Shown: positions 47,908 through 58,266 of the stretch, piece by piece
Layout of the letters: each line of letters opens with the position of its first letter
How positions within the stretch are numbered: the first letter of the stretch is position 1
NCBI GenBank assembly: GCA_038874135.1
Contig: JAVZCZ010000001.1
Coordinates: forward strand, 512,001-576,000
DNA: 64,000 nucleotides
DNA from: Candidatus Woesearchaeota archaeon
GTDB taxonomy: Archaea; Nanobdellota; Nanobdellia; Woesearchaeales; 0-14-0-80-44-23
Direction of reading: 5' to 3'
Position numbers and translations under genes: made by a program
Notes under the pieces: model-generated
Told to the model about the DNA's origin: nothing
Seen by the model: the letters and a program-made list of their open reading frames with translations, nothing else
The model's database searches: none

Positions 47908-49035
47908 TTATCCGAAAAACTTTCTGAGATGGGAGGTATCTTCCTCCTTTCTTTTTACCTTTTCAACTGCCTTGAAAAAGTCAGCTTGGCATATGAATGT
48001 TCTTCCATCTCTCAAAGCGAAGTAGCCGGCTTCTGTGCATAGAGCCCTCAGCTCAGCTCCTGAGAAGTTTTCAGTTCTTTTAACAATCTCTTCAAGATTA
48101 ACATCTTTAAGATTCATTTGCCTTGTATGTATTTTAAGTATTTCAAGCCTTCCTTCAGCGTCGGGATTTGGAATCTCTATCTTTCTATCAAGACGGCCAG
48201 GTCTGAGAATTGCCGGGTCCAGCAGGTCTGCCCTGTTGGTGCAACCTATAATTTTTACATTTCCAAGAGGCTTAAAACCGTCTATCTCCGCCAAAAGCTG
48301 CATGAAGGTGCGCTGCACTTCTCTCTCGCCAGAGGTTCCTATGTCAATTCTTATTGAAGCCAGAGCGTCCAGCTCATCTATGAATATTATTGACGGTGCT
48401 TTCTGCTTTGCAATTTCAAAAATTTCCCTGACCAGCTTTGCTCCTTCCCCTATGAATTTTTGGACCAATTCTGAAGAAACAACTTCTATGAAAGTAGCTT
48501 TGGTGGATGCTGCAACCGCCTTGGCCAGCAGCGTCTTTCCAGTCCCAGGAGGCCCATACAGCAATATTCCCTTTGGAGGAACTATGCCTATTTTCTGAAA
48601 TACCTCTGGCCTTTTAAGCGGCTCTTCAATAACTTCTCTTATTTCACGAATCTGCTCCCGAAGGCCGCCTATGTCGCTCCAGCTTACCTTTGGCTTTTCA
48701 ACTATTATGAAGTTTTCAACGCTGAACTCGCGAGAGGCTGGGATCTTGCGTACTATTGCCAGATTTTTCTGGTCAACAAGGACAGTATCTCCCGGCTCTG
48801 CAGATATGCTCTGCGGGCGTGAAACATAAAACATGCTACCGTTGGAAAGCTTAATTATAGCCCCATCATCAATTATGTTCTTAACTTCTGCAACAAGAAG
48901 AGGCTCTTTTCTGTAGGATTCAAGTTCTCGCTTCATAAGTTCAACTGTCTCTTTTAAAAGCATGTTTTCTTCTCTCACTCGCGATATTTCATCTACACTT
49001 ATTTTAGATTCATGCTCCTGCTGTTTTGCCTTCAT
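47908..49035 (-). CDS. pan: Proteasome-activating nucleotidase
   Basis: Coiled coil plus OB, GPPGTGKT, KFIGEGA, IFIDELD, GEREVQRT, RPGRLDR, C-terminal FFG. Confidence 0.95.
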   Translation of the reverse strand: MKAKQQEHESKISVDEISRVREENMLLKETVELMKRELESYRKEPLLVAEVKNIIDDGAIIKLSNGSMFYVSRPQSISAEPGDTVLVDQKNLAIVRKIPASREFSVENFIIVEKPKVSWSDIGGLREQIREIREVIEEPLKRPEVFQKIGIVPPKGILLYGPPGTGKTLLAKAVAASTKATFIEVVSSELVQKFIGEGAKLVREIFEIAKQKAPSIIFIDELDALASIRIDIGTSGEREVQRTFMQLLAEIDGFKPLGNVKIIGCTNRADLLDPAILRPGRLDRKIEIPNPDAEGRLEILKIHTRQMNLKDVNLEEIVKRTENFSGAELRALCTEAGYFALRDGRTFICQADFFKAVEKVKRKEEDTSHLRKFFG

Positions 49036-49040
49036 GGATT

Positions 49041-50390
49041 TCACTCTGGTCTGGTTATCCCAACTTGTCTTATTAATACTGGTGGAGTTTCTACTGGAGT
49101 TTCAACCTCCCAGCCAATTATCTTTTTGGAATTTTTTCCTATGCTTGAAACATTCTTAAGTATGTTTGGCATAGTATCTGAGATTCTTATTCTGCGAGCT
49201 TGTCCGATAATCCTGCCATTCTTAATATAAAACACTTGGTCTCTGGGAAGTGTTGAAAACTCTCCAGTCCGATAATTCTGAAACCTCGTATACCATAGAT
49301 TGGTGACTATTAGTCCTTTTTTTATTGAAGATATCATGTTGTCAATTTCTGATTTTCCTGGTTTTAATACTATGTTGAAAGGTGTCGGAATTATTAATCC
49401 AGCGTTTCCTGTACTCTCAATCCCATATCTTCTGGCTGTGGAAGTGTTATGTAGGTATGTCTTCAACACTCCATTTTCTATTAGTGCCTTCCTTTTAGCT
49501 GGAACTCCTTCATCATCAAAGAGCACTGAGCCTATACCGCCTTCCTGCGTAGGGTCATCCATAAGGGTAAAATCGCGTGAGGAAACCTGCTTTTCAAGCT
49601 TATTCTCCAGGAATGAGGAACCTGCTTCTACTTCAAATATTGAACACGAATATGCAGTCAGCTCAAGAAGCGATGCGAAGGGCAGTGGATAGAAAAGCAC
49701 ATCATACCTTCCAGGCTTTATCTTCACATCTGGAAAAATCTCGTTTGCAAGTTCTGCTGATTCCGAAGCACACTGCTCAGCATTAAATCCTTTGAGATTT
49801 CTTGAAACTGCCACTGAGTGGGCTGAATGCTCCTTATCAACTATGGCGCGAGTAGAAAGGTATATCTGAGTTGATTTGAATTCGCCTTCTACCCTGCTTG
49901 AAGTTATTATATATTCATATGATGAACTAGCTTCTAAATTTCCTGCTACTCTGGAGACCTTTCCCCTAGATGCTTCAGATACTGCAGATTCTGCATAATC
50001 TACTATTCCCTCTCCAAGATTTTCTACCTGCCTATCATAAAGTGATGGATCCTTCCTATATTTAAAAGGACCTTGTGCAATTCCCATGTAGTTTGGATTT
50101 GGCTTGAGCTTCCTGGCGAATCTGGCTATATCCTCGGCAGTCCGCCTTACTGATTTTTTTTCAATATCTCTTATTGATGTAGCAACTATCCTCTTTCCAA
50201 ATGATGCAAACACTGAAAGGCTAGATGGCTGATATGTCATCTGGTTGTTTATTCTGCTGTTAGAAAATTTAACCTGTGACTCCTCCTCAAACATAAAAGA
50301 GACTATAGCATCCTCTGCCCCGAGTTTAGTTATTCTCCTCAAAAGCTCCTGCGCTGCTCCTATCCCATTATCAATAATCTTCTCATTCAT
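49041..50390 (-). CDS. tldE: TldE/PmbA family protein
   Basis: FDDEGVP, LIENGVLKTYLH, STGNAG, WYTRFQN; no HExxxH. Confidence 0.88.
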   Translation of the reverse strand: MNEKIIDNGIGAAQELLRRITKLGAEDAIVSFMFEEESQVKFSNSRINNQMTYQPSSLSVFASFGKRIVATSIRDIEKKSVRRTAEDIARFARKLKPNPNYMGIAQGPFKYRKDPSLYDRQVENLGEGIVDYAESAVSEASRGKVSRVAGNLEASSSYEYIITSSRVEGEFKSTQIYLSTRAIVDKEHSAHSVAVSRNLKGFNAEQCASESAELANEIFPDVKIKPGRYDVLFYPLPFASLLELTAYSCSIFEVEAGSSFLENKLEKQVSSRDFTLMDDPTQEGGIGSVLFDDEGVPAKRKALIENGVLKTYLHNTSTARRYGIESTGNAGLIIPTPFNIVLKPGKSEIDNMISSIKKGLIVTNLWYTRFQNYRTGEFSTLPRDQVFYIKNGRIIGQARRIRISDTMPNILKNVSSIGKNSKKIIGWEVETPVETPPVLIRQVGITRPE

Positions 50391-51808
50391 TTTCCCCTAC
50401 CCTTAGATACGTTGATGCCGTGAAGCTTGATAGAAGGGCCGCCAAACCAGACTGGTATTGCCTGCATCGGTTCGCCCTTTCCGCAGGTTCCTGCGTGGAA
50501 TTCAAGATTGTTGGCAACTGCCGTTACGCTGGAATAAAGCTTGGGTGTGGTAGTTTCTATTACTGGCTGAATAACAGGAGCAACTACTCTGCCATTCTTT
50601 ATCAGATAGGCTTCTGCCCCAACATACTTCTGATTAAGGCGAAGGTCATCTATATTCCACTCCATAAAGTTCCTGATATAAACACCAAGCCTGATGCTCT
50701 CAATGAGCTCTTCTTCACTCATTTTTTGTGGAACAAAATATGTGTTTGCCATCCTAACTATTGGCTCATAGTTATAATTAACTGCCCTAGCAGCCCCATT
50801 GCTGTGCGTTGAAAACTGAGATGCGGTCTCCCTATTGTTAAGGAACTCGTTTATCTTCCCATCCTTAAAAAGCATTCTTCTTCTAGCTTTTACTCCCTCA
50901 TCATCATAGAGGTAGTACCCAAAACTGTTAGGTATTGTTGGATCGTCAGCAATATTAACTAAAGGGGTGCCAATCTTTGAGCCCAACATGTTGGGGTTGA
51001 TAAAAGATTCGCCGGCCTGAGCGGCTTCTCTGCTTAGAATTCTGTCCGCTTCACTGGGGTGTCCGCAGCTTTCGTGCACAATGATTCCAACAACTTCGGG
51101 AGCGCACACAACATCAACCTTGCCTCTTGGCGGTTTTATTCCAAACTGCAGGTTCTTTTTCAGCGCGTTTGCCTCATCGCTAAGTTTCTGCTGAAGGTTC
51201 CATTTTTTAAATATCTCATAACCAGAAGAAGCTCCGTATAACCAAGAACGCTGGCTACTTCTGCCCAGATGCTTTATTGAGAAGTTATAATAAAGAGATA
51301 TTCGTGGAATTCTAGATTGTATCCTTGAACCTTCGCTGTTAATAAAATAGGTCTCAGAGACTTTGTCGTGAAGTGACAAATACCTCTCACTGGACTTATT
51401 ACTAATTGAAGTGTCAATGCTGCTGAGTAAATCTGTTTTTTGTTCTCCAGATACATCTAAAACTTTTTTTATTTCGCCAACAGAATATTTTGCCTTGCAT
51501 ACCGGCTCATCTGAGAGTGAAATCCTCTCAGCCTTTGAGGCTCTAAGTGATTTTCTGATTGCCTTCTCCGCAAGCTCAACAAGGTTGTCCTTTGAGAGGT
51601 TGTTTGTAGAAAAAAACCCCATGCTATCCTTAGCTGTGAAACGAGTGCTTATGCCCTTTTCAAAAGAGGAAGAAGAAGCTTCCAAGGCGCCGTTTTTAAG
51701 AATATAAGATGAGTGAAATGAAACTTCAGCTCTAACTTCAACATACTCAACCTGCTTTTTAATGTGGGAAAGCAGATAATCTGAAAGTGCAATAAGTTTT
51801 GAGTCCAT
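50387..51808 (-). CDS. tldD: TldD metalloprotease
   Basis: HESCGHPSEAD, YDDEGV, VRMANT, GTCGKG. Confidence 0.9.
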   Translation of the reverse strand: MDSKLIALSDYLLSHIKKQVEYVEVRAEVSFHSSYILKNGALEASSSSFEKGISTRFTAKDSMGFFSTNNLSKDNLVELAEKAIRKSLRASKAERISLSDEPVCKAKYSVGEIKKVLDVSGEQKTDLLSSIDTSISNKSSERYLSLHDKVSETYFINSEGSRIQSRIPRISLYYNFSIKHLGRSSQRSWLYGASSGYEIFKKWNLQQKLSDEANALKKNLQFGIKPPRGKVDVVCAPEVVGIIVHESCGHPSEADRILSREAAQAGESFINPNMLGSKIGTPLVNIADDPTIPNSFGYYLYDDEGVKARRRMLFKDGKINEFLNNRETASQFSTHSNGAARAVNYNYEPIVRMANTYFVPQKMSEEELIESIRLGVYIRNFMEWNIDDLRLNQKYVGAEAYLIKNGRVVAPVIQPVIETTTPKLYSSVTAVANNLEFHAGTCGKGEPMQAIPVWFGGPSIKLHGINVSKGRGK

Positions 51809-51908
51809 AACAATCCGAGAAAAACGGCTCATTTAAATATTTTACCCGAACACTGGACATTGGACATCTGCAGAAAAACTATTTAAACAAAATTAGAAAA
51901 ACAAAACT

Positions 51909-51987
51909 TAGGCCTGCCCAAAAAGGGCGGTCCATCCTGCCCTGGAAGGAGCCGCTCATGCGGTACCTTCATAATATAAGGGGCTTG
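51909..51987 (+). promoter_or_regulatory. GC-rich structured leader ahead of the PC4-like/radA operon
   Basis: Four adjacent hairpins after TTTAAA (51882). Confidence 0.45.
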
Positions 51988-52020
51988 AAACAAGATGCGA
52001 ATAGCAAGAGGATGGAGAAA

Positions 52021-52302
52021 ATGAAAGAGCAAAAAGAAAAAATTCTGCCGGAAAAGAAGATAAAGGCCGGCGCAATAACTGCCACAATTTGGAAAAATCG
52101 TTCTGAAGCTGGAGGCAACGAATTCAGAACAATATCTCTGAGCAGGAATTACAAAGACAAAGATGGAAACTGGCAGAGAACTCAAACCTTAAGAGTGAGC
52201 GACTTGCCTAAGGCTCAGCTTGTTCTTGCAAAAGCGTATGAATACCTCGTAATGGAGAGTCCCGAGGAATCTGAGGATATTGAAGTTGAAAATATTGAGT
52301 AG
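52021..52302 (+). CDS. Small putative ssDNA-binding protein (PC4/Whirly-like) with acidic tail
   Basis: AGAITATIWKN...ISLSRNYKDKDGNW..T..LR..DLPKA..VL.KAYEY; start 52021 or 52012. Confidence 0.7.
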   Translation: MKEQKEKILPEKKIKAGAITATIWKNRSEAGGNEFRTISLSRNYKDKDGNWQRTQTLRVSDLPKAQLVLAKAYEYLVMESPEESEDIEVENIE

Positions 52303-53331
52303 GTGAACAAAATGAAAAAGAGAGAAGAAATTGAAGAAACTGAAGAAGAATATGAGGAAGATTCTGAATTTAGTGCAGAATCTTTAGAAAAAAGTCCCGA
52401 AGGAATGACTCTGCTAGACATTCCAGGAATAGGTGCTGCGACTGCTGAAAAACTTGTAAATGCGGGTTACAGAAATATGATGAGCATAGCTGTTGCAACT
52501 CCTGGAGAGCTTATGGAAGTTGCAGGATTAACTGAACTTGCAGCCAAGAAGGCAATAAACTATGCCAGGGACAAGCTCAAAATGAGTTTTGAATCAGCAG
52601 ATGAAGTTCTGAAAAAGAGAGAAAGGGTTGAAAAGATAAAGACTCCGAGCGAAGAGCTTAACAGGCTGATGGGCGGCGGTTTTGAGACCTGTGCAATAAC
52701 AGAAGCATTCGGAGAGTTCGGATCGGGAAAAACACAGCTGGCTAATGTGCTTGCAGTTTATGTCCAGAAACTCAACCCCGAGTACAATGTCGTATACATA
52801 GACACTGAGAGCACATTCCGCCCTGAGAGAATTGTACAGATTGCAAAAGCTGCCGGGATGGATCCTGAAAAGGTTCTAAAGAACATAAAGGTTGCCCGCG
52901 CATACAACTCAGACCATCAGATGATACTTGCAGAGAAGGTAGAAGAGCTTATTGAGAAGAACCATCTTCCAGTAAAGCTCATAATCGTGGACTCCCTAAC
53001 AGCGCATTTCAGGGCGGAATTTATAGGGCGGGGAACCTTGGCTGATAGACAGCAGAAGCTCAACAAGCACATGCACACACTTATGAGAATTGCGGACAAG
53101 TACAACCTGGCAGTGTTTGTAACAAACCAGGTAATGGCAAAGCCAGACATCTTCTTCGGAGACCCAACCCAGGCAATAGGAGGCCACATAGTCGCACACG
53201 CTTCAACGTACAGGATATACCTGAGGAAGGGAAAGAAGGGAAGCAGGGTTGCCAAGCTTGTAGATAGTCCAAACCTGCCAGAAGCAGAAGCAATCTTCTA
53301 TGTGGATGAAACGGGCATAAGGGACAAGTGA
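52303..53331 (+). CDS. radA: DNA repair and recombination protein RadA
   Basis: Hh[38 protein letters not shown]; acidic N-terminal extension. Confidence 0.97.
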   Translation: MNKMKKREEIEETEEEYEEDSEFSAESLEKSPEGMTLLDIPGIGAATAEKLVNAGYRNMMSIAVATPGELMEVAGLTELAAKKAINYARDKLKMSFESADEVLKKRERVEKIKTPSEELNRLMGGGFETCAITEAFGEFGSGKTQLANVLAVYVQKLNPEYNVVYIDTESTFRPERIVQIAKAAGMDPEKVLKNIKVARAYNSDHQMILAEKVEELIEKNHLPVKLIIVDSLTAHFRAEFIGRGTLADRQQKLNKHMHTLMRIADKYNLAVFVTNQVMAKPDIFFGDPTQAIGGHIVAHASTYRIYLRKGKKGSRVAKLVDSPNLPEAEAIFYVDETGIRDK

Positions 53332-53333
53332 TG

Positions 53334-54341
53334 TCAATTCTTTTTTTCAAATTCTTCTATTATCCTATTTATCTTTGGAAGGTATTCTTCAGCATATCTC
53401 TCTCCAATAGAGATTCCCTCAGGCATTGCCAGAAGGTTAAAAGCGCTCAGCCGGTCTTTGCAGGCGTCTATAATCAGATCTGGAGGTTCACAGGGCTTTC
53501 TTCCAAGACTCTTATAGTAAAGCTTAACTGATTTTAAAAGCAGTGAGGAAAAAGAAGTGGAGCCTACAATACTTGAGATCCTTTCAGCTCTACCTCTTTT
53601 ATTATTATAAGCTAGGTATGTTTTTAATTTTTCAAAAGCTGGCATTATATATTCTGCCAACCTGCTGTTACTTCTGAGTTCTTTAAGTATCTTCTGCTCA
53701 TAATTCTCAATGAGTGTTAAAGAGTCTTTTCTGAGCTGGCGCATTCTTTCAGATATCTTATCTCCTGTTGTAAGAATTGCGTGACCTATCCTCTTATCAA
53801 AATTTGAATTTTCAAGATTTACACCTATCTTAATATCGACTTGGAGTAGGGCGTCAACGGGAAGATTATTAAGTACGCCTCCATCCACTAAAGACATCCC
53901 GGCATATGTTACGGGCTCAAAAACGAACGGTACTGAACAGCTGGCGTGAACGAGCCTGGACAGCGGGCCTCTTGTGAAGCATATGTCCCTCTCGCTTTTC
54001 AAATCAAAAGCAACTATGCCTAGGTAGATGCTTGAATCTTCAATCCTGTGCCTGCCAAGAATCTTTTCCAATCTTTCTTCAAAAAGCTTCCCTTTGAGAA
54101 TACCTTTTGAAAAAGACGGGTCCATGAGGCTCTTAAGCTCTTTTCTGTCAAAGGATAGAACATATTTTTCAAGGTTGTACAAGCGGCGAAATGCGTATGC
54201 AGATCCTACAATTGCTCCTGCACTGGTGCCTGTAATTGCAACTATCTTTAAATTTTCACGAGCTAATCTTTTAAGTATTCCAAGATGTATTGAACCGCGG
54301 GCGCCACCCCCACTCAGGGCAAATCCTATTTCTGGACGCAT
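53334..54341 (-). CDS. Patatin-like phospholipase
   Basis: LSGGGARG, GTSAG, ASCSVP, VDGG. Confidence 0.9.
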   Translation of the reverse strand: MRPEIGFALSGGGARGSIHLGILKRLARENLKIVAITGTSAGAIVGSAYAFRRLYNLEKYVLSFDRKELKSLMDPSFSKGILKGKLFEERLEKILGRHRIEDSSIYLGIVAFDLKSERDICFTRGPLSRLVHASCSVPFVFEPVTYAGMSLVDGGVLNNLPVDALLQVDIKIGVNLENSNFDKRIGHAILTTGDKISERMRQLRKDSLTLIENYEQKILKELRSNSRLAEYIMPAFEKLKTYLAYNNKRGRAERISSIVGSTSFSSLLLKSVKLYYKSLGRKPCEPPDLIIDACKDRLSAFNLLAMPEGISIGERYAEEYLPKINRIIEEFEKKN

Positions 54342-54343
54342 AT

Positions 54344-54493
54344 TCAAAGGCCTATGCACTTTAAGAAGGTGTTGCCACACTTCTCGCAGACATAACGCTC
54401 ATACTTTGCATTTCCACTCTGCAACATTCCTTTTTTAGTCATCTGAGCGCCGCACTTCTCACACTTCACAATTTTAACTGCTGTTGAAACCAT
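54344..54493 (-). CDS. Small zinc-ribbon protein
   Basis: CEKC...CEKC in 49 aa. Confidence 0.75.
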   Translation of the reverse strand: MVSTAVKIVKCEKCGAQMTKKGMLQSGNAKYERYVCEKCGNTFLKCIGL

Positions 54494-54584
54494 GCTGAAA
54501 AATAATTTTGTGACCTTTATAATTTTTATGTTTTTCAAATTTCTTAGAAACATTTAAAAATCGAATTTGAATAGTTGGTTTGAC

Positions 54585-54709
54585 GCCGAGGTCGCATAGC
54601 CTGGTATTGCGAAGGATTGCTAATCCTTTGCCCGAAAGGGTCCAAGGGTTCAAAGCACTTTCATAAATGAGGCTTTTGCCTTATGTGTGTGAAAGTCCCT
54701 TCCTCGGCG
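54585..54709 (+). tRNA. tRNA-Ser(GCT) with 41-nt intron in the T-loop (59/60; 54655-54695)
   Basis: GCCGAGG/CCTCGGC acceptor stem, G73; AAGGA-TTGCTAA-TCCTT anticodon arm; long variable arm; BHB TTCA/TGAA whose splicing restores TTCAAAT. Confidence 0.93.
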
Positions 54710-54732
54710 TCTCTTACATTACCTGACAGAAA

Positions 54733-56715
54733 ATGCATAATTATATCAGAAAAATTGCGATTCTTATCTCCTTATTAGTTCTATTAAGCCAGCTCGCATT
54801 TGCCAGCGAATACTGGCCTGAACTTAGCTACCATGCGAAGATTAATGTTTCCATTATTGGAAAAATTAAACTAAAAGATGCTTATGGGGTCAGCTATGTG
54901 AAGGCGAATGTTTCAATGTTTCCTAGAAATGATTCTTGGCACAGAACACTCATCTCAGAAAGCCCTGTGGGAAAGCTAACTGAAGGTAACATAATTTTCA
55001 AATGGGAGTATCCTGAAGATGACATTCTGGAATATAAAGTTTCTGCACTTGTAGATTCCGAAAGGGAAATTCCGAAGATCAGTGAAGAAAATAAATTTCC
55101 AGTGATAAAACTGGAAGAGGGATATTCAAAATATCTGGCACCTTATGAAAAGGTTAAATTAGGAGTTGAATTCTCAGGTCTGGCTTCAGAAATAACTAAG
55201 GGAAGTTCATCTCTTTTTGAAGCTGCTTCAAGAATTAGCTATTGGGTTTCAAAGAATGTAAAGTATGATGCTGAATTTGGAAGCGCAGTTTACGATTCAA
55301 AATGGGTCTTAGAGAATAGAAGAGGCACTTGTGACGAATTCGCAACACTTTTCATAGCACTCTGCAGAGCAGTTGGAATTCCGGCAAGGTATGTGGCCGG
55401 GATTGCCTACTCAAACCTTGAAGGTGCGGACGGTTTTGAAAGTCATGCGTGGGCTGAGGTTTACTTCCCAACATACGGCTGGGTGCCTTTTGACCCGACT
55501 TATAATCAACACGGCTATGTAGATGTTTCACACATCCCATTCATATATTCTGAAGACTCTGCAATAATTCCTGCAGAATATGCTATGATGGCGAAGGCTG
55601 GAACTTTTTCTGCTGAAAGATTGAACATCTCTGCTTCAGTCGTGAATAGGGATAACTTCAGAGATGAGCTCCAGATAAACCTTTCTCCCGAGTGGGCAGA
55701 AGTTTGCCTAAGCTCATATGATGTCTTAGTTGCAGAGGTCTATAATCCGAATAATTACTATGTTGCTAGGGTTATTTCAATTTCTAGGAGCGATGCGCTA
55801 ATCCTTGAATCTGAACGTGAGGTTCTCGTAGTGCTGGCTCCTTTTGAAAAGAAAAAAATTTACTGGTTGGTTAGAACATATGGGCTTGAACGCCAGTTCA
55901 TATATTCAATTCCAGTAAGAGCTTATCTAATAAATGACGCAAATATTTCCACAGCCACTCTGATAAAGGCTCATGAGCATGCAGAGTGCATAAGTGAAGA
56001 AGCTGCTGTTGAGAGGATTAAGAAGATAAAAGATGAAGTACCGGAGAGATACGATTCTGAGATTATCCTAAACTGCCAACTTTCTAAAATTTATATTAAT
56101 GAGAATGCAACTGCCACTTGTTCAGTTAAGAATGTAGGAAATGCTCCTGCAAAGGGTGTTGTTGTCTGCTCGCTGGGAACCTGTCATACTTTAAATCTGT
56201 CAATAATGGAAGAATTTAGAGTTAAGTTTCCTCTGAATTCAAGCGGCTTAGGAAATTTTTCACAGTACATAACAATTACCAAAGAAAAATCATCCGCTAG
56301 ATACAGAATAGACTATGAAGTCGTAGAACGCCCTTCAGTTAAAATAAATATATCCAAATTATTCATTAATAAATCTGAAATTTTACTAAGGTTTGAGATA
56401 ATTCCTCAGGCGGGAATGCCAATAATCAAAAAAGTAGCTGTTTCAGACGGAAGCTCAGTTTTTTTCTCCGAATCATTTAATAGCACCGTTACAAATTATT
56501 CAAATTCAATAGGGGTCAGCAAAAAAATTATGCCGAAGGGAAACTCAACATTGAGTGTTGAAGTGTTCTATGAGGACTTGTATGGTTATGAATATTCTGA
56601 AAAGAACCATGTTGAAGTTTATATAGAGAAGAACTTTTTAGAAGAAGTATTTAACAAGATTGCTTCCTGCTATGAATATGTTAGAAAAATAATTTTTTAT
56701 TTCTCAAAGCTATGA
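54733..56715 (+). CDS. Secreted transglutaminase-like (Cys-His-Asp) protein
   Basis: Signal peptide; GTCDEFA, HAWAEVY, WVPFDPT. Confidence 0.88.
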   Translation: MHNYIRKIAILISLLVLLSQLAFASEYWPELSYHAKINVSIIGKIKLKDAYGVSYVKANVSMFPRNDSWHRTLISESPVGKLTEGNIIFKWEYPEDDILEYKVSALVDSEREIPKISEENKFPVIKLEEGYSKYLAPYEKVKLGVEFSGLASEITKGSSSLFEAASRISYWVSKNVKYDAEFGSAVYDSKWVLENRRGTCDEFATLFIALCRAVGIPARYVAGIAYSNLEGADGFESHAWAEVYFPTYGWVPFDPTYNQHGYVDVSHIPFIYSEDSAIIPAEYAMMAKAGTFSAERLNISASVVNRDNFRDELQINLSPEWAEVCLSSYDVLVAEVYNPNNYYVARVISISRSDALILESEREVLVVLAPFEKKKIYWLVRTYGLERQFIYSIPVRAYLINDANISTATLIKAHEHAECISEEAAVERIKKIKDEVPERYDSEIILNCQLSKIYINENATATCSVKNVGNAPAKGVVVCSLGTCHTLNLSIMEEFRVKFPLNSSGLGNFSQYITITKEKSSARYRIDYEVVERPSVKINISKLFINKSEILLRFEIIPQAGMPIIKKVAVSDGSSVFFSESFNSTVTNYSNSIGVSKKIMPKGNSTLSVEVFYEDLYGYEYSEKNHVEVYIEKNFLEEVFNKIASCYEYVRKIIFYFSKL

Positions 56716-57109
56716 ATTTGAGAACAAGCAGAGAGCTGGCTAAAAATAAAAACGAAAAAATTGCCACGCATATGAAAAATGCTTGAGATGCAGAGATGAC
56801 ATTCACAAATATTACGAGGAATGTGGATAATGTTGAAATAGAAACTGCTGCTATGAGCGTCTTATATGAATAATCAATAAAAAATGCTAAAAGAAAGGTC
56901 ATAATTGCAAAAACCAATTCAGTAAGAGTATTGTTTATTAAGAAGAAAAAGAGCGAAAGAAAAAATGTCAAAAATGTAAATCTTGCAGCGTGCGTTATAA
57001 AGGGTGTTATCTCATCTTTTTCAAAAAGACAGAACCGTCCCACAATTAGTCCTGCAGGAAATCCAGTAAGAGATACAACAAAAACTAAAAGAGTATTGAA
57101 GATCATCAT
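56681..57109 (-). CDS. Membrane protein
   Basis: Multiple TM segments; overlaps the DHH gene stop. Confidence 0.65.
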   Translation of the reverse strand: MMIFNTLLVFVVSLTGFPAGLIVGRFCLFEKDEITPFITHAARFTFLTFFLSLFFFLINNTLTELVFAIMTFLLAFFIDYSYKTLIAAVSISTLSTFLVIFVNVISASQAFFICVAIFSFLFLASSLLVLKFIALRNKKLFF

Positions 57110-58266
57110 TCTGCCTCACTAATTAGTTGCCTAATATAGTTAATTATCTTATCAAGATGGCGTTTTGGAAATCTTATTGTACCGGCAGAAGGATGGCCGC
57201 CTCCTTCAATTCCGTCAAACCTTTGTTTAATTTTTGAAATTGTCTTATTTAAATCAAAACTTGGAAGGTTAGAGCGTACTATTATTGAATCTTCGCCAAC
57301 TGCTAATAGAATCACTTCTTTATTTTTCTTTTTCAATTCTTCAAAAACAATTCCTGCGAGCTTACCTGCAGGGGGATATTCTTGGGAGGAGTCAACACTG
57401 AAAAGTGCCAGGATTATTTCAGAACTTCCTCTCATGATTCTTTCCTCTTTCAACCTTGATAGAGCAGATTCAAGTGCTGTTTTGAGCTTATTCTCAATTT
57501 CGGGAGCTAATATGCCTAGAAGCTCAGCTCTATAGTTTGAGTCATTAAAGAAACGCTCAATTATGGCACGTCCTTCAACCTGCCCAAGATGATATGCTAA
57601 GAAGTCTATACTGGCTGCAATTTTTTTGATTGAATACTCATCCGCGCCTAAGAGGGAAATGTATGTTCTAAGCTCTTGAGAGCTGCTCTTATCTGCAACA
57701 CCTGCTAGGGCAGGTAATAGAAAATTTTCTTGAATACTCGGATTTACAATTAGAGAGAGCTCAAAAGCCAACATTCCTGTTGACAATGATCCATCAAAAC
57801 CTTGTTTGGTAGGGTTTATCTCTGCATCCAGAAGTTCAGAGCTTACTTCAACTGCGTGATGATCTATAACGACTAATCTGAGAGAGTTGAGCTTCATGTG
57901 CTGCACTATAAAATTTGACAGTGGACTAAGGTCTGCAAGTATTACCAAGGGTGGCTTAATCCAGGATTTTTCAGAATCAATGAAAAGCATGTCTTTTAGT
58001 GCGTCGGAGTAGGAATAGTACGGAGTTCTCATAGGGATTCTCTTATAGTACAACCTGCGTGTACTAAACTTATGAGCTTCATTTATGAATGGCAGAATTG
58101 CGGTTTCAAGCGCGAAGGCTGCACAATACCCGTCGCAATCCGCGTGGTGCCTTAATATAATGGGACGCCCCTCTCTTAATGCGTCCTTTATCTCAGAAGC
58201 TGCTTTTGCGAAATTCTGTTTCAGACTTTTTAACTGTTCAGAATCTATTGAAAATATTATTTCCAC
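57106..58266 (-). CDS. DHH-family phosphoesterase (RecJ-like)
   Basis: RHHADCDG, IDHH, GGGHPSAG. Confidence 0.88.
   Translation of the reverse strand: MEIIFSIDSEQLKSLKQNFAKAASEIKDALREGRPIILRHHADCDGYCAAFALETAILPFINEAHKFSTRRLYYKRIPMRTPYYSYSDALKDMLFIDSEKSWIKPPLVILADLSPLSNFIVQHMKLNSLRLVVIDHHAVEVSSELLDAEINPTKQGFDGSLSTGMLAFELSLIVNPSIQENFLLPALAGVADKSSSQELRTYISLLGADEYSIKKIAASIDFLAYHLGQVEGRAIIERFFNDSNYRAELLGILAPEIENKLKTALESALSRLKEERIMRGSSEIILALFSVDSSQEYPPAGKLAGIVFEELKKKNKEVILLAVGEDSIIVRSNLPSFDLNKTISKIKQRFDGIEGGGHPSAGTIRFPKRHLDKIINYIRQLISEAE

Noticed and set aside
54700-56715. Integrated element at tRNA-Ser (or tRNA-Leu)
   Set aside because: No integrase and no duplicated tRNA 3' end seen in the window.
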